NCBI GenBank assembly: GCA_964566185.1
Contig: CAZMHS010000001.1
Coordinates: 13,662-77,661 of the forward strand
Source: an uncultured Alphaproteobacteria bacterium
Lineage (GTDB): Bacteria; Pseudomonadota; Alphaproteobacteria; UBA3830; CAYLKK01
Direction of reading: 5' to 3'
Length of the DNA stretch: 64,000 bases
Positions 49,401 to 58,975 of this stretch are shown one piece after another (position 1 is the first letter of the stretch; each line of letters starts with the position of its first letter). The notes below the pieces were generated by a model. It saw only the letters and a program-made list of their open reading frames with translations. It was not told the DNA's origin and made no database searches. The position numbers and the translations under genes are program-made.

Positions 49401-49678
49401 AAAATATGAGTCATACTGAAAATAGCTTATCTGCGTTGGACTTTATTAAGGATTTTATGTTTTTAGATTCAGTTTCTTTTTCAGAATCGTCGAATGGAAA
49501 GGAGGATGTTAGTACTATGAATGCCGGTAAGTACATCGGTGATAAAATATATTTTGGTGTAGAAAAAGCATCTGAAAAAGAAGCGAAATATAAGGTAAGA
49601 TTAAATGTTAGTCCGCAGGTCGCTGTAGAAGCGAATTCTAGAGGAGAAGCAGGTATTAGTTGGATGTATAGATATTGA
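46427..49678 (+). CDS. tamB: translocation and assembly module protein TamB (AsmA-like, DUF490 C-terminus)
   Basis: An N-terminal anchor (IVYIVFVCTGFCLFLA) precedes a long beta-rich body. The typical C-terminus is GKYIGDKIYFGVEKA...YKVRLNVSPQVAVEANSRGEAGISWMYRY. ATG 46427 follows the tamA stop directly. Confidence 0.8.
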   Translation: MLKLLEKAISNIVYIVFVCTGFCLFLANTDIGRHCACRVVSYVSSIYYDANVVVSGWDGSSFLSRVCVKSQNYSLVINDISLSYSNDFAILVDSVSINNFQDDDHAVDFSGDIQLPVALSCVSSVQVNNVAVNDICIKHFRYNRRGDMLRLCGSIENGQLECVYDCNKRQYDFYIVDCIGVNGYVRAFRRADGNLSFQSSVKYTQYLIDVSGEYINSTDTIDLKARINGEAINGKLCGVYSIKDRKFSCNGTLNNMPKLVSAIFYNGNVSVGFSGNVNFDGNANFDTKVYNDDVLAATGTIACKKGDCKIKFNVGKIDLYSLKISEIESKFHLNNIYDQYITVLGENWSIYTNILFNETCTTIRECSINHGACSSSISEPFVISENNVVQSGLMSIKIDDIRCISDFFYGIVKKDLSGSCIVTINSKNNNTRIKVETDKLSYKMVDCYSFEMLHNGHVCDLYMAGCEFFGQMLSDLHISKIGEKIDCSCVLCNDGYLKTHGKFENMKLVLYNFDFLLDEFKISSKDVKVDFLNGNFESACDINCAGGNSKLTLVKRDNIFNVNTKMNNVPLRIIQKIDKRVDSTLVSGLTLKCDAALCIKDKDILGNIKVCVNDNVSDVLYADVMLDRKLITLNSKYSRFGDYIDCRIVLPQHIMRNSEVEIAGNLLMSVKLKNLFFIPFDGVLLNGDCNSELSFSGTSTKPMVNGKLKIDNGGVETSAVSVKNITIDTVIRNNRIDIIKANAVHRNGRLDIKGKGTCEVQGVIPKIFCNMDLYFSNFDLINSDSLKCIFNGSICAKGAIEHLTLSGNIDMSDGVYDIKNVKTTGYSDINIIRIGKKPKTITKTISHNVNPPFDFDLKANCRKLQILGDSISAVFNGNLNVISFNDMLALDGNIKLKDGHIKMVGSRIKLRSGDIIFRKEDGLNPRINLSGNSIVRDMQVFVDIHNNQGKLNIDIHSNPSYSIEDILSKIIFNIPFQELSLAESTKLSNAVKNMSHTENSLSALDFIKDFMFLDSVSFSESSNGKEDVSTMNAGKYIGDKIYFGVEKASEKEAKYKVRLNVSPQVAVEANSRGEAGISWMYRY

Positions 49679-49735
49679 TTGGAAAAATGATAAAACTAAT
49701 ATATAATTTTTATGTATTATTTTGGTAAGTTATTC

Positions 49736-51013
49736 ATGCGATTTTCTAAATATTTTAGCCCGACATTGCGAGATACTCCAGCTGATGCAACAATTGCGTC
49801 TCATAGATTAATGTTGCGTGCTGGGTTGGTTTCTCAGTGCGCATCAGGAATTTTTTGTTGGCTTCCGCTTGGTCTGCGCGTGCTGAAGAAAATTGAGGCA
49901 GTAATCGATTCTGAACAAGAATATATAGGTGCTTCGCGTGTTTGTATGTCGACAATTCAGCCAGCTGATTTGTGGCACGAAAGTGGGCGCTATGATTCGT
50001 ATGGGAAAGAAATGCTGCGAATTAATGATCGTAAAAATGGGAATTTCTTATATAGTCCAACGAATGAAGAACAAGCCACAGATATATTTAGACGCTATGT
50101 GAAGAGTTACAAGCAGCTGCCTGTTAATTTGTATCAAATTCACTGGAAGTTTCGTGATGAAATTAGACCACGTTTTGGTGTTATGCGTGGTAGGGAGTTT
50201 CTCATGAAAGATGGGTATTCTTTTAACCTAACATATGAGGCTGCAAAACGGACTTACATCGATGAGTTTAATGCGTACTTAAGGATTTTTCGTAAGTTGG
50301 GCGTTACTCCAATTCCTGTCAAGGCTGATTCTGGTGCGATAGGTGGTAACATGAGTAACGAGTTTCATATTTTAGCTGAAACTGGAGAAAGCGTTCTTTA
50401 CTACGATAAAAATGTATTAGAATATAGTGATTATGAGGAGTTTTCTTCAGCTTACGCCGTTTCTGATGAAAAATATGATGTCGAAACTTGTCCTATTCAT
50501 AAAAGTGAATTGTGCGTGTCTCGTGGAATAGAGGTTGGACACATTTTTTATTTTGGAAAGAAATACACAGAAACGATGGGCGCTTTTGTTCTTGATGCTA
50601 ACGGTGATAAGGTTTTTCCTGAAATGGGATCTTATGGTATTGGGGTTTCAAGACTAGTCGGTGCGATTATCGAAGCTTCTCATGATGATAAAGGTATAAT
50701 ATGGCCACTTGAAGTTGCTCCGTTTGATGTTGAGCTAGTTGCGTTGCAATGTAAAGATGAAAAATGTATGTGCATTGCAAATAAGATATATGAACAGTTG
50801 AAGTCGAGGAATATAGATGTATTATTTGATGATCGATACTTAACGGTTGGTGAAAAACTGAATGATGCAGATTTGATAGGGATTCCTTTTCAAATATTGG
50901 TTGGAAAAAATGCTGTCAATCGTGGCGTTGTTGAAGTGAAAAATAGGGGAACAGCTGAGATAGTAGAAGTGGGAGTAGACTGTATCGCGAATTTCGAATT
51001 TTCAAAAATATGA
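49736..51013 (+). CDS. proS: proline--tRNA ligase (short form without the large editing insertion)
   Basis: MRFSKYFSPTLRDTPADATIASHRLMLRAGL, the class II motifs (FRDEIRPRFGVMRGREFLMKD, GSYGIGVSRL) and the anticodon-binding C-terminus are present. Confidence 0.95.
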   Translation: MRFSKYFSPTLRDTPADATIASHRLMLRAGLVSQCASGIFCWLPLGLRVLKKIEAVIDSEQEYIGASRVCMSTIQPADLWHESGRYDSYGKEMLRINDRKNGNFLYSPTNEEQATDIFRRYVKSYKQLPVNLYQIHWKFRDEIRPRFGVMRGREFLMKDGYSFNLTYEAAKRTYIDEFNAYLRIFRKLGVTPIPVKADSGAIGGNMSNEFHILAETGESVLYYDKNVLEYSDYEEFSSAYAVSDEKYDVETCPIHKSELCVSRGIEVGHIFYFGKKYTETMGAFVLDANGDKVFPEMGSYGIGVSRLVGAIIEASHDDKGIIWPLEVAPFDVELVALQCKDEKCMCIANKIYEQLKSRNIDVLFDDRYLTVGEKLNDADLIGIPFQILVGKNAVNRGVVEVKNRGTAEIVEVGVDCIANFEFSKI

Positions 51014-52245
51014 ATATTGCTGAGTTTTTGATAGCATGGCGATATATTAGAGCTAGGCGCAGGGAAAAGTTCATATCAGTTACAGCCTTGTTTTCATTCA
51101 TTGGTATCGTTTTGGGCGTTTCGACATTGATTATCGTTACATCAGTGATGAATGGTTTTCATGATGAGTTTTCGTCTGCTGTAGCAAAGTTTAATGGAAA
51201 TTTGATGGTGTACCTTAGAGGAGATGAACAGTTTTATCGTGATATCGTTGCTAAAATCGAAGCTATCGATGGAGTTGACGCTGCAATTCCAGTTATCGAG
51301 CGCCACGCCTTGTCGTCGAACGGAAAACAAGTTCGTGGAACGATCGTTTGCGGTATAGATTTAAAAGATTTGCAAAAATATAAATTGGTAAGAAACGGAA
51401 TATCATCAGGTGATATTTGTAAATTTAATGATTTCGATACTGTAATAGTTGGTGAAGGCCTATGTACTGTTTATAATATAACAGTTGGTAATACTTTAAC
51501 AATAATGGCTCCAGAATTAGAAGAAACAGGAATTGGTGCATTTCCTGTGAAAAAAACGCTATCATGTGTTGCTACTTTTCGTTCTGGTATGCATGAATAT
51601 GATTCTAATGCCGTGATTATACCTCTTCATACAGCACAAAAATTATTCAGTGTTTCTGGCGCAAGTAATGTTATGGTGTTTACATCTAAGAACGTTGATA
51701 TTGCTAAAGTTAAGGAGAAAGTTACGACAATTTGTAGTAATACGATGCGGGTTGTCGATTGGGAACAGGTGAATAGTTCGTTTATGAATGCCGTGAAGGT
51801 TGAGCGTAATGTTATGTCTATTATATTGACATTGATTACATTGGTTGCTAGCTTTAGCATAATTTCGTGTATGATTATGTTAGTGAAGGATAAAGAAAGA
51901 GACATCGCTATTTTGAAAACTATTGGTATGTCAGATAACGCTATTTTACGTATTTTCTTTATGATAGGTTCATCTATTGGTATTTTCGGTACGCTTATAG
52001 GAGGTGTTTGCGGCGTACTATTTTCTGTACATATTGATGTAATCAAGAAAATATTAGAACGTTTGTTGGCTATTAATTTGTTTCCTGCTGAGGTATATTT
52101 TCTTACAAAATTGCCTTCGTCTATCGATTATTTTGATGTCTTATTCATTTTAGTTTTTGCCGTTATTATCTCTTGTTTGGCTACTCTGTATCCTGCGATA
52201 AAGGCTAGCAAATTGCAACCTGCTGAAGTTTTGAAGTATGAATAA
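51010..52245 (+). CDS. lolC: lipoprotein-releasing ABC transporter permease LolC/E
   Basis: FLIAWRYIRARRREKFISVTALFSFIGIVLGVSTLIIVTSVMNGF is the N-terminus. It has a periplasmic MacB-like domain and a C-terminal FtsX fold (DIAILKTIGM). Confidence 0.9.
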   Translation: MNIAEFLIAWRYIRARRREKFISVTALFSFIGIVLGVSTLIIVTSVMNGFHDEFSSAVAKFNGNLMVYLRGDEQFYRDIVAKIEAIDGVDAAIPVIERHALSSNGKQVRGTIVCGIDLKDLQKYKLVRNGISSGDICKFNDFDTVIVGEGLCTVYNITVGNTLTIMAPELEETGIGAFPVKKTLSCVATFRSGMHEYDSNAVIIPLHTAQKLFSVSGASNVMVFTSKNVDIAKVKEKVTTICSNTMRVVDWEQVNSSFMNAVKVERNVMSIILTLITLVASFSIISCMIMLVKDKERDIAILKTIGMSDNAILRIFFMIGSSIGIFGTLIGGVCGVLFSVHIDVIKKILERLLAINLFPAEVYFLTKLPSSIDYFDVLFILVFAVIISCLATLYPAIKASKLQPAEVLKYE

Positions 52246-52876
52246 CGTTTTGAGTGCAAAAAATATAGTAAAGAGGTATTCTGATAACGATGGCAATATA
52301 CTAGGCGGTTTTAACATTGAGTTGAGAGAATACGAGGTCATTTCGTTAGTCGGAGCATCTGGGTCTGGAAAATCAACTTTGCTACACATACTTGGATTAT
52401 TGGATATACCTACAAATGGTGAAATTTTTTTGCGAGGAAAGAACGTTAAACTTCTAGATAGACAAAAGACGATTCTTAACCATTTTGGTTTTGTTTATCA
52501 ATCTCACAATTTGTTGCAGGAGTTTTCAGCAGAAGAAAATGTTGTATTGCCTCAACTTATAAATGGCGTGTCACGAAAGGAGGCTACAGAGAGAGCTAGG
52601 TTCTTGTTGGATCTTTTTGCGTTATATGATAGGAAATCTTTTTTCCCAGGGCAGTTATCTGGAGGGCAGAAGCAGCGAGTGGCAATAGCGAGAGCTATTG
52701 CTAATAAACCGGACATATTATTGGCTGATGAACCAACTGGTAATTTGGATGTTGAGACGACGAGTTTGGTAATTCATGAATTATTAAAAATTTTGAAAGA
52801 ATTTGGTATATCAGCTATAATAGCTACGCACAATGTTGATATTGCAAATATGCTCGATAGGAAGGTCTGTATCTAA
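52238..52876 (+). CDS. lolD: lipoprotein-releasing ABC transporter ATP-binding protein LolD
   Basis: Walker [16 protein letters not shown], signature [14 protein letters not shown] and Walker [13 protein letters not shown] are present. It overlaps the lolC end. Confidence 0.9.
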   Translation: MNNVLSAKNIVKRYSDNDGNILGGFNIELREYEVISLVGASGSGKSTLLHILGLLDIPTNGEIFLRGKNVKLLDRQKTILNHFGFVYQSHNLLQEFSAEENVVLPQLINGVSRKEATERARFLLDLFALYDRKSFFPGQLSGGQKQRVAIARAIANKPDILLADEPTGNLDVETTSLVIHELLKILKEFGISAIIATHNVDIANMLDRKVCI

Positions 52877-52884
52877 GAGGCGAT

Positions 52885-53673
52885 ATGATAAAAATAAAGA
52901 AGGTTATTTTCCCTATCGCAGGAAAGGGAACTAGGGTTGCTCCAATCAGCGATTATATACCAAAAGAAATGTTACCTGTGTTAGATAAACCATTAATTCA
53001 TTATTCAATTGTAGAGGCTTTAGAGGCTGGAATTACGGAATTTATCATGGTTGTCAGACAAGGTAAAGATGCCGTTGTTAGGTATATTGAAAATGAGTTT
53101 TCTTCACGCAATTGTCGGTTTACGTACGTATTTCAGGAACAACAGAACGGTCTTGGCGATGCTATTTTATGTGCAGAACATTTAATTGATGAGGATGATG
53201 TTTTCGCTGTGATGTTACCAGATGATTTGATGTTGAACTCTAATTGTTTGTTAGAGATGGTAAAGCGTTACTCAGGTGGTAATATGGTTGCGACGAAGTT
53301 AGTTGAAAAAGATACAGCGAGGTTGTACGGGATCCTGAAGACATTAGGACGTAAAACAGATGTTATTTCGGCTGCCGGAATTGTTGAAAAACCTGAAAAT
53401 GTCGTTGATAAGAACAATTATGCTGTAGTCGGGAGGTATTTGCTTAATGGGCGATTGATGGATTCTCTAAAGAGGATTAATTCTGGAGCATCTGGAGAGG
53501 TTCAGCTATCTGATGCAATTACGCATATGGTGGATTCCGGTTGTGCGTTGTATGGTTATGAGTTTTCTGGGGAAAGTATCGATTGTGGAAATAAGGTCGG
53601 TTGGATTTCTGCAATTTTAAAAATGGCACGTAACAATAAAGAATTTTCTAGCATTTTTTCTGTCGGAGACTGA
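52885..53673 (+). CDS. galU: UTP--glucose-1-phosphate uridylyltransferase
   Basis: KVIFPIAGKGTRVAPISDYIPKEMLPVLDKPLIHYSIVEA, GLGDAILCAE and VEKP are present. Confidence 0.85.
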   Translation: MIKIKKVIFPIAGKGTRVAPISDYIPKEMLPVLDKPLIHYSIVEALEAGITEFIMVVRQGKDAVVRYIENEFSSRNCRFTYVFQEQQNGLGDAILCAEHLIDEDDVFAVMLPDDLMLNSNCLLEMVKRYSGGNMVATKLVEKDTARLYGILKTLGRKTDVISAAGIVEKPENVVDKNNYAVVGRYLLNGRLMDSLKRINSGASGEVQLSDAITHMVDSGCALYGYEFSGESIDCGNKVGWISAILKMARNNKEFSSIFSVGD

Positions 53674-53674
53674 T

Positions 53675-54991
53675 ATGTACTGTAGTAATGAGGTAAAAGT
53701 TGTAATCGTTGGAGTGGGGTACGTTGGTTTAGTTAGTGGCGTATGCTTTTCGGAATTCGGGTTTGATGTAACATGTGTTGATAATATTTCATCTAAAATT
53801 GATTTACTGAATTCTGGCGGAGTGCCAATATATGAACCTGGTTTAAGTAATCTACTAAAAAAGAACAGAGACGCTGGACGATTGCATTTTACTACATCTA
53901 TAGAACAAGCTGTTTCGGATGCTGACGTAATTATTATTGCTGTTGGGACACCAAGTCGAGAGGATGGTAGTGCTGATTTGCGTTATGTCTTTGGGGTAGC
54001 TGAGGAGATTTCTACGTGTATTAGAGATAGTGCTGTTTTAGTCGTAAAATCTACAGTGCCTGTTGGCACTACGTCTGAGGTGCAAAAGATCTTGAGGCTA
54101 AAAGGGAAAAAGTCTGCGGTTGCGTTTAATCCTGAATTTTTGAGAGAGGGCGCAGCTGTTAGTGATTTTATGCGGCCAGACCGTGTGATCTTGGGTGTTC
54201 GTGATGAAAACGCAAAAAAACTCTTAACACAGTTGTATCGACCATTGTATACTTTCAACATTCCGATTGTTTTCATGGATCTTGAATCTGCGGAATTGTG
54301 CAAGTATGCGTCTAATGCGTTTCTTGCTATGAAGGTTGCGTTTATAAATGAAATTGCTAATTTATGCGAATGCTGCAATGCGGATGTAAATGATGTCGCA
54401 TTAGCTATGGGGCTCGATAATAGAATAGGGGGGAAGTTTTTGCAGGCTGGTCCCGGATACGGCGGATCGTGTTTTCCAAAGGATACGTCAGCATTGTATG
54501 ATTTTTCAAAAAATGTTTATGGAATTGAGTTAAGTTTAGTACGGGAAACTATAAATTCCAATAATAGACGTAAGATTTCAATGGTTGAGAAAATTATTAA
54601 ATTTTGCGGTGGTTCTGTTGCTGAAAAAACGTTGGCAGTATTGGGTGTTACGTTTAAACCTGATACTGATGATATGCGTGATAGTCCTAGCTTGGACATC
54701 ATTCCTCATTTGATTCAGCATGGTGCAAATATTCGTGTTTATGATCCTTCAAATTCATCTGATGGAAAAAAGATGCTTAAAGGTGTTAAATGGGCTAGCG
54801 ATGTTGTTTCCGCATGTGAGAATGCTGATGCTGTTGTGATACTAACTGATTGGAATGAGTTTAAGGCATTGAATGTAGAATATATATGTAATGTTATGAG
54901 ACGTAAAGTTGTGATAGATTTGCGTAATATATTTATTCCGCGCGAGGTTCGTGAGCATGGGATAGAGTATTATAGTATTGGACGGAATTAA
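53675..54991 (+). CDS. ugd: UDP-glucose 6-dehydrogenase
   Basis: It has the Rossmann motif VVIVGVGYVGLVSG, the catalytic GGSCFPKD, and NPEFLREG. Confidence 0.9.
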   Translation: MYCSNEVKVVIVGVGYVGLVSGVCFSEFGFDVTCVDNISSKIDLLNSGGVPIYEPGLSNLLKKNRDAGRLHFTTSIEQAVSDADVIIIAVGTPSREDGSADLRYVFGVAEEISTCIRDSAVLVVKSTVPVGTTSEVQKILRLKGKKSAVAFNPEFLREGAAVSDFMRPDRVILGVRDENAKKLLTQLYRPLYTFNIPIVFMDLESAELCKYASNAFLAMKVAFINEIANLCECCNADVNDVALAMGLDNRIGGKFLQAGPGYGGSCFPKDTSALYDFSKNVYGIELSLVRETINSNNRRKISMVEKIIKFCGGSVAEKTLAVLGVTFKPDTDDMRDSPSLDIIPHLIQHGANIRVYDPSNSSDGKKMLKGVKWASDVVSACENADAVVILTDWNEFKALNVEYICNVMRRKVVIDLRNIFIPREVREHGIEYYSIGRN

Positions 54992-55824
54992 TGCGTTATA
55001 TTAGTTCTATTTTTGATATAATAGATAGGTATGATTGTATCTTTTGTGATATTAACGGTGTCTTAACAGACGGAAACTTCTTGTTTTATGGTGTTGATGA
55101 AGTTTTTTCTAGGCTGAAGGATCTTGGGAAGCATGTCGTGTTTGTTTCTAATGCTACTAGGACAAAGGCGCTTGTGCGTGCGCAATTATTTACACTTGGG
55201 ATTGATGATTATTTCTTAGACAAGATCGTTACATCTGGTGATGTGTTGCGGCATTTTATTAATTTAAGGTTGTATGAGTTTTCTGAACTTAATGAACACA
55301 ATAAGTTTTTTGTCGTTGGAAATCAGAATTTCCTAGAAGGGACGAATGGGGTTTGTGTTACTAATAACGTTGAAGATGCTGATTTTTTGCTATTTAATGG
55401 TATTGTTTCTGATATAAAATTTTATGATCCAGATTTGTTTAAACGTTTATTAGCTAGAGATGTACCTATTATTTGTACAAATCCTGATAAAGTGGCATTA
55501 AAGGGTGATAGTTTTATTAAGTCTGCTACATATGCTGTTGCTAAATATAGACAAATCGGTGGACGTGTATATGCGTATGGAAAACCGTCTGCTATAATTT
55601 ACAAAAGGACTTTTGAATTATATCCTGGATTAAAAAATTTACGAATACTATGTGTTGGTGATACGCTGATGACTGATATAAAAGGGGCTGTGGATTATGG
55701 CTTAGATTCTGTATTTATTACTAGTGGCATATTGAAGAGGCTAAAAAAAGATAGAAGCTCTATATCTAGTTTTTTTGCTGATAATGGATGTATCCCTACA
55801 TATTATACTGAATGTTTAGCATAA
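54991..55824 (+). CDS. HAD-superfamily hydrolase, subfamily IIA (TIGR01459-like)
   Basis: IFCDINGVLTDG (motif I variant), FVSNATR (motif II), YGKP and CVGDTLMTDIKGA (motifs III/IV) are present. Confidence 0.65.
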   Translation: MRYISSIFDIIDRYDCIFCDINGVLTDGNFLFYGVDEVFSRLKDLGKHVVFVSNATRTKALVRAQLFTLGIDDYFLDKIVTSGDVLRHFINLRLYEFSELNEHNKFFVVGNQNFLEGTNGVCVTNNVEDADFLLFNGIVSDIKFYDPDLFKRLLARDVPIICTNPDKVALKGDSFIKSATYAVAKYRQIGGRVYAYGKPSAIIYKRTFELYPGLKNLRILCVGDTLMTDIKGAVDYGLDSVFITSGILKRLKKDRSSISSFFADNGCIPTYYTECLA

Positions 55825-55849
55825 ATCTTATTTTTTGTGAGGTGTTATT

Positions 55850-56575
55850 ATGAAGTGTACAATAATTATTCCAGCTAGACTCGGGTCTACAAGATTGCCT
55901 CGTAAAATGGTGGCTGATATTTGTGGAATTCCGTTAATTGTTCGGACATACAACAGTGCTGTTGATGCTGATGTCGGTGACGTTTTTGTCGCATGCGATA
56001 GTGAAGAAATTGCTTCATTAATCGAAAATAATGGCGGAAAAGCTATATTGACTGATCTTGATTTGCCTTCAGGAACTGATAGAGTACATGCAGCGGCTTC
56101 CATAATAGGTTGCAGCGATGACGATATAGTAGTGAATGTGCAAGGCGATCTTCCATTTGTCGATCCTGTCTTTATACGTGCTAGCTATGAGCTGTGTATG
56201 CATGAGAATGTCGATATTTCAACTCCAATTACAAGAATTAAAGATGATAGTTATAAATTAAGTAGTGTAGTTAAACCAGCTGTTACGTTTTATTCGGAAA
56301 AGTATGCTGCGGCTCATTATTTTAGTCGATCTATAATTCCATTTGAGGGCCCATATTATCACCATGTTGGAGTGTATGCGTATAAATTTGATATTTTAAA
56401 GCGCTTTGTTTCATTTCCTGTATCGTCTTTAGAAAAGTCAGAAAGATTAGAGCAATTAAGGGCGTTAGAAAATGAAATGAGAATACATACTGTTTTGTGT
56501 GATATCGATGAACCTATTAGTATCGATACTGCTCAAGATTTACAGAAGGCGATAGATTTTGTTAATGCTAGATAG
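55850..56575 (+). CDS. kdsB: 3-deoxy-manno-octulosonate cytidylyltransferase (CMP-Kdo synthetase)
   Basis: IIIPARLGSTRLPRKMVADICGIPLI, SGTDRV, VNVQGDLPF and LEQLRALENEM are present. Confidence 0.9.
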   Translation: MKCTIIIPARLGSTRLPRKMVADICGIPLIVRTYNSAVDADVGDVFVACDSEEIASLIENNGGKAILTDLDLPSGTDRVHAAASIIGCSDDDIVVNVQGDLPFVDPVFIRASYELCMHENVDISTPITRIKDDSYKLSSVVKPAVTFYSEKYAAAHYFSRSIIPFEGPYYHHVGVYAYKFDILKRFVSFPVSSLEKSERLEQLRALENEMRIHTVLCDIDEPISIDTAQDLQKAIDFVNAR

Positions 56576-57875
56576 TAAAGACGAATATACAGTTACACAG
56601 TTGTCGAATATGATTAAGAAAACCATAGAGGTTGGTTTTCGTGATGTTCGTCTAAAGGGCGAAGTAGCTGGTTTGAAGGTTCATTCTTCCGGACATACGT
56701 ATTTTACTCTCAAGGATGAGCAATCGAATATAGACTGTATATGTTGGAAATACGTATCTTTTACACAAAAGGTGAAGCTTGAAGATGGTATGGAGATTCG
56801 CTGTGTTGGGAAAGTAACGACATATTCTGAGCGTTCTAAGTATCAGTTTATTGTTTCTTCGTTTGAGTTAGCTGGAGAGGGGGCGCTTTTAAAATTACTT
56901 GAAGAGCGAAAAAAACGGCTTGCTGCTGACGGTGTTTTTGATTTAGATAAAAAACAGCCTATTCCGCGCTTTCCTAAATTGATTGGCGTTATTACGTCTC
57001 CGACAGGTGCTGTGATTCAAGATATTATGCATAGAATTGAGGATCGATTTCCTACACCGATCCTATTATACCCTGTTTTAGTTCAAGGTGCGCAAGCTGC
57101 GGGACAAGTGGTTCATGGTATAAAATACATGAATTCTTTGCCCGAAGATAGGCGGCCAGATGTATTAATTATAGCAAGAGGCGGCGGTTCATTAGAAGAC
57201 TTAATGCCATTTAATGATGAAGAATTGGCTAGGGTTGCATCAAGAAGCGGTATTCCTATTATATCTGCTATTGGTCATGAAACTGATACTAGTTTGCTAG
57301 ATTTCGCTGCTGATTTACGAGCTCCAACGCCTACTGCGGCTGCAGAATTAGCTGTGCAACATAGAAATTTTATAAATGAAATGATTTACAGTCTTTTTAT
57401 GAGAATGAATAATTATTTCAAAAAGGAAGTATCTACTATTCAAACGCGATTGGATTCTTGTAAGATTTTGTCTCCTTGGGCGTTGCTAGAAAATAAAATG
57501 CAAAAACTAGATTTAATGTTTGTTGCATTTGAGCGTTGTTATATGTCGAAATTAGATTGTTTAAGTGTTATGTTAAGCCGTGTTAGGGTAAATAAGCCTG
57601 AAATTGTTAATATAAAGATTGATACAATTTCTACTAAGTTAGATCATTCTATTAACGATTTAATAAGTAGTAAATCTAGTACTATGTTTTTGACTATAAA
57701 TATGTTAGAATCGTGCTCTACGCGTAAGATATTTCAACGTGGTTATGCGTATATAGAATGTGGTAATGGGCTTAGAGTCCGTTCGAAGTATGATATTCAA
57801 AATGGAAATACTTTGAATGTATTTGTAAGTGATGGAAGTGTTGAGTTTAGTGTTAATAATGTTGTTATCAATTAG
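56565..57875 (+). CDS. xseA: exodeoxyribonuclease VII large subunit
   Basis: It has the OB-fold N-terminus (YTVTQLSNMIKKTIE..F.DV.LKGEV.....HSSGHTYFTLKDE) and the catalytic core (IGVITSPTGAVIQDI, ARGGGSLEDL, ISAIGHETD). A TTG at 56559 is an alternative start. Confidence 0.9.
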   Translation: MLDSKDEYTVTQLSNMIKKTIEVGFRDVRLKGEVAGLKVHSSGHTYFTLKDEQSNIDCICWKYVSFTQKVKLEDGMEIRCVGKVTTYSERSKYQFIVSSFELAGEGALLKLLEERKKRLAADGVFDLDKKQPIPRFPKLIGVITSPTGAVIQDIMHRIEDRFPTPILLYPVLVQGAQAAGQVVHGIKYMNSLPEDRRPDVLIIARGGGSLEDLMPFNDEELARVASRSGIPIISAIGHETDTSLLDFAADLRAPTPTAAAELAVQHRNFINEMIYSLFMRMNNYFKKEVSTIQTRLDSCKILSPWALLENKMQKLDLMFVAFERCYMSKLDCLSVMLSRVRVNKPEIVNIKIDTISTKLDHSINDLISSKSSTMFLTINMLESCSTRKIFQRGYAYIECGNGLRVRSKYDIQNGNTLNVFVSDGSVEFSVNNVVIN

Positions 57876-57887
57876 ACGGTGGTGTGT

Positions 57888-58817
57888 ATGAGATTAGTTG
57901 TTTTTCCAGGACAAGGTTCTCAATTCGTTGGAATGGGGTATGATATTTATTCATCGTATAGTTCTGCAAAATATGTTTATGAAGAGGTAGAGGACGCTAT
58001 TTCGATGAATCTTGCTGATTTGATATTTAATGGTCCTGAAGAAGTTTTGACCAGTACGGAAAACGCTCAGGTGGCCATTATGACTGTCTGTATGGCGTCT
58101 GTACGAGTATTGCAGAATTCTGGAATGCAGCTGTGTAGTGGATTTGTTGCTGGGCATTCTCTAGGTGAATATTCTGCTTTATGTGCTGCTGGTGCCCTTT
58201 CTTTGTCTGATACTGCAAGGTTATTGGTTGCGCGTGGACAGGCCATGAAAGAGTGTGCAGAGAAGGGATACGGAATGTCTGCTGTTATTGGGTTAGATAT
58301 TGAGAGACTTGAGGATGTAGTCAAGCAGATTGCTTCAACAGAATTTATCGAAATTGCAAATGACAATTCGAATGCACAAATAGTGGTTAGTGGGTCTGAT
58401 AACGCGCTTGAGATGTTGGCGGAAAAGGCTATACGTTGTGGCGCATTAAAGGTCGTTCGTTTAAATGTTTCCGGTCCGTTCCATTCATCGAAAATGTCTC
58501 CTGCTGTCGAGAAACTCGCCGACATTTTCGATACTGTTACTTTCAATAAACCTACGTGTCCTATTATTGCTAATTATACAGGTAAGGCTGAAATTGACGG
58601 CTTTAAAGAATTATTACTGAAACAGATAGTTAGTATGGTGCGTTGGAGAGAGGCAATATTAAATGCTGTTAGCTATGGTGTTGTTGAATCTATGGAAATA
58701 GGTGCTGGCAAAGTTTTGTCCGGCTTAATACGACGGACTACTTCTTCTATTAAAACTCTCAATGTGTGTGACGTTGAGGACGTGCGTAATTTATTGAGCA
58801 AAATGCCACGTGAATAG
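57888..58817 (+). CDS. fabD: malonyl CoA-acyl carrier protein transacylase
   Basis: FPGQGSQFVGMG, the active-site GHSLGEYSAL and VSGPFHS are present. I prefer ATG 57888 over GTG 57879. Confidence 0.95.
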   Translation: MRLVVFPGQGSQFVGMGYDIYSSYSSAKYVYEEVEDAISMNLADLIFNGPEEVLTSTENAQVAIMTVCMASVRVLQNSGMQLCSGFVAGHSLGEYSALCAAGALSLSDTARLLVARGQAMKECAEKGYGMSAVIGLDIERLEDVVKQIASTEFIEIANDNSNAQIVVSGSDNALEMLAEKAIRCGALKVVRLNVSGPFHSSKMSPAVEKLADIFDTVTFNKPTCPIIANYTGKAEIDGFKELLLKQIVSMVRWREAILNAVSYGVVESMEIGAGKVLSGLIRRTTSSIKTLNVCDVEDVRNLLSKMPRE

Positions 58818-58896
58818 TAATGCGTTGTTTTTCGTTAAAACGTTAGGTTCGTCAGTAAAATTTTGCTATGATGTATTGAGTTCTTGTCTCGGTTGC

Positions 58897-58925
58897 TTGA
58901 TTTTATTCGTTCCGTGTGATATACT
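58897..58925 (+). promoter_or_regulatory. candidate sigma70 promoter of RND operon 2
   Basis: TTGATT (58897-58902), a 17-nt spacer, then TATACT (58920-58925), about 50 nt upstream of ATG 58976. Confidence 0.35.
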
Positions 58926-58975
58926 AAATACATGCGCTTTTGTATTGCTAATTTTTCAAAAATAAGGTGTGGATT

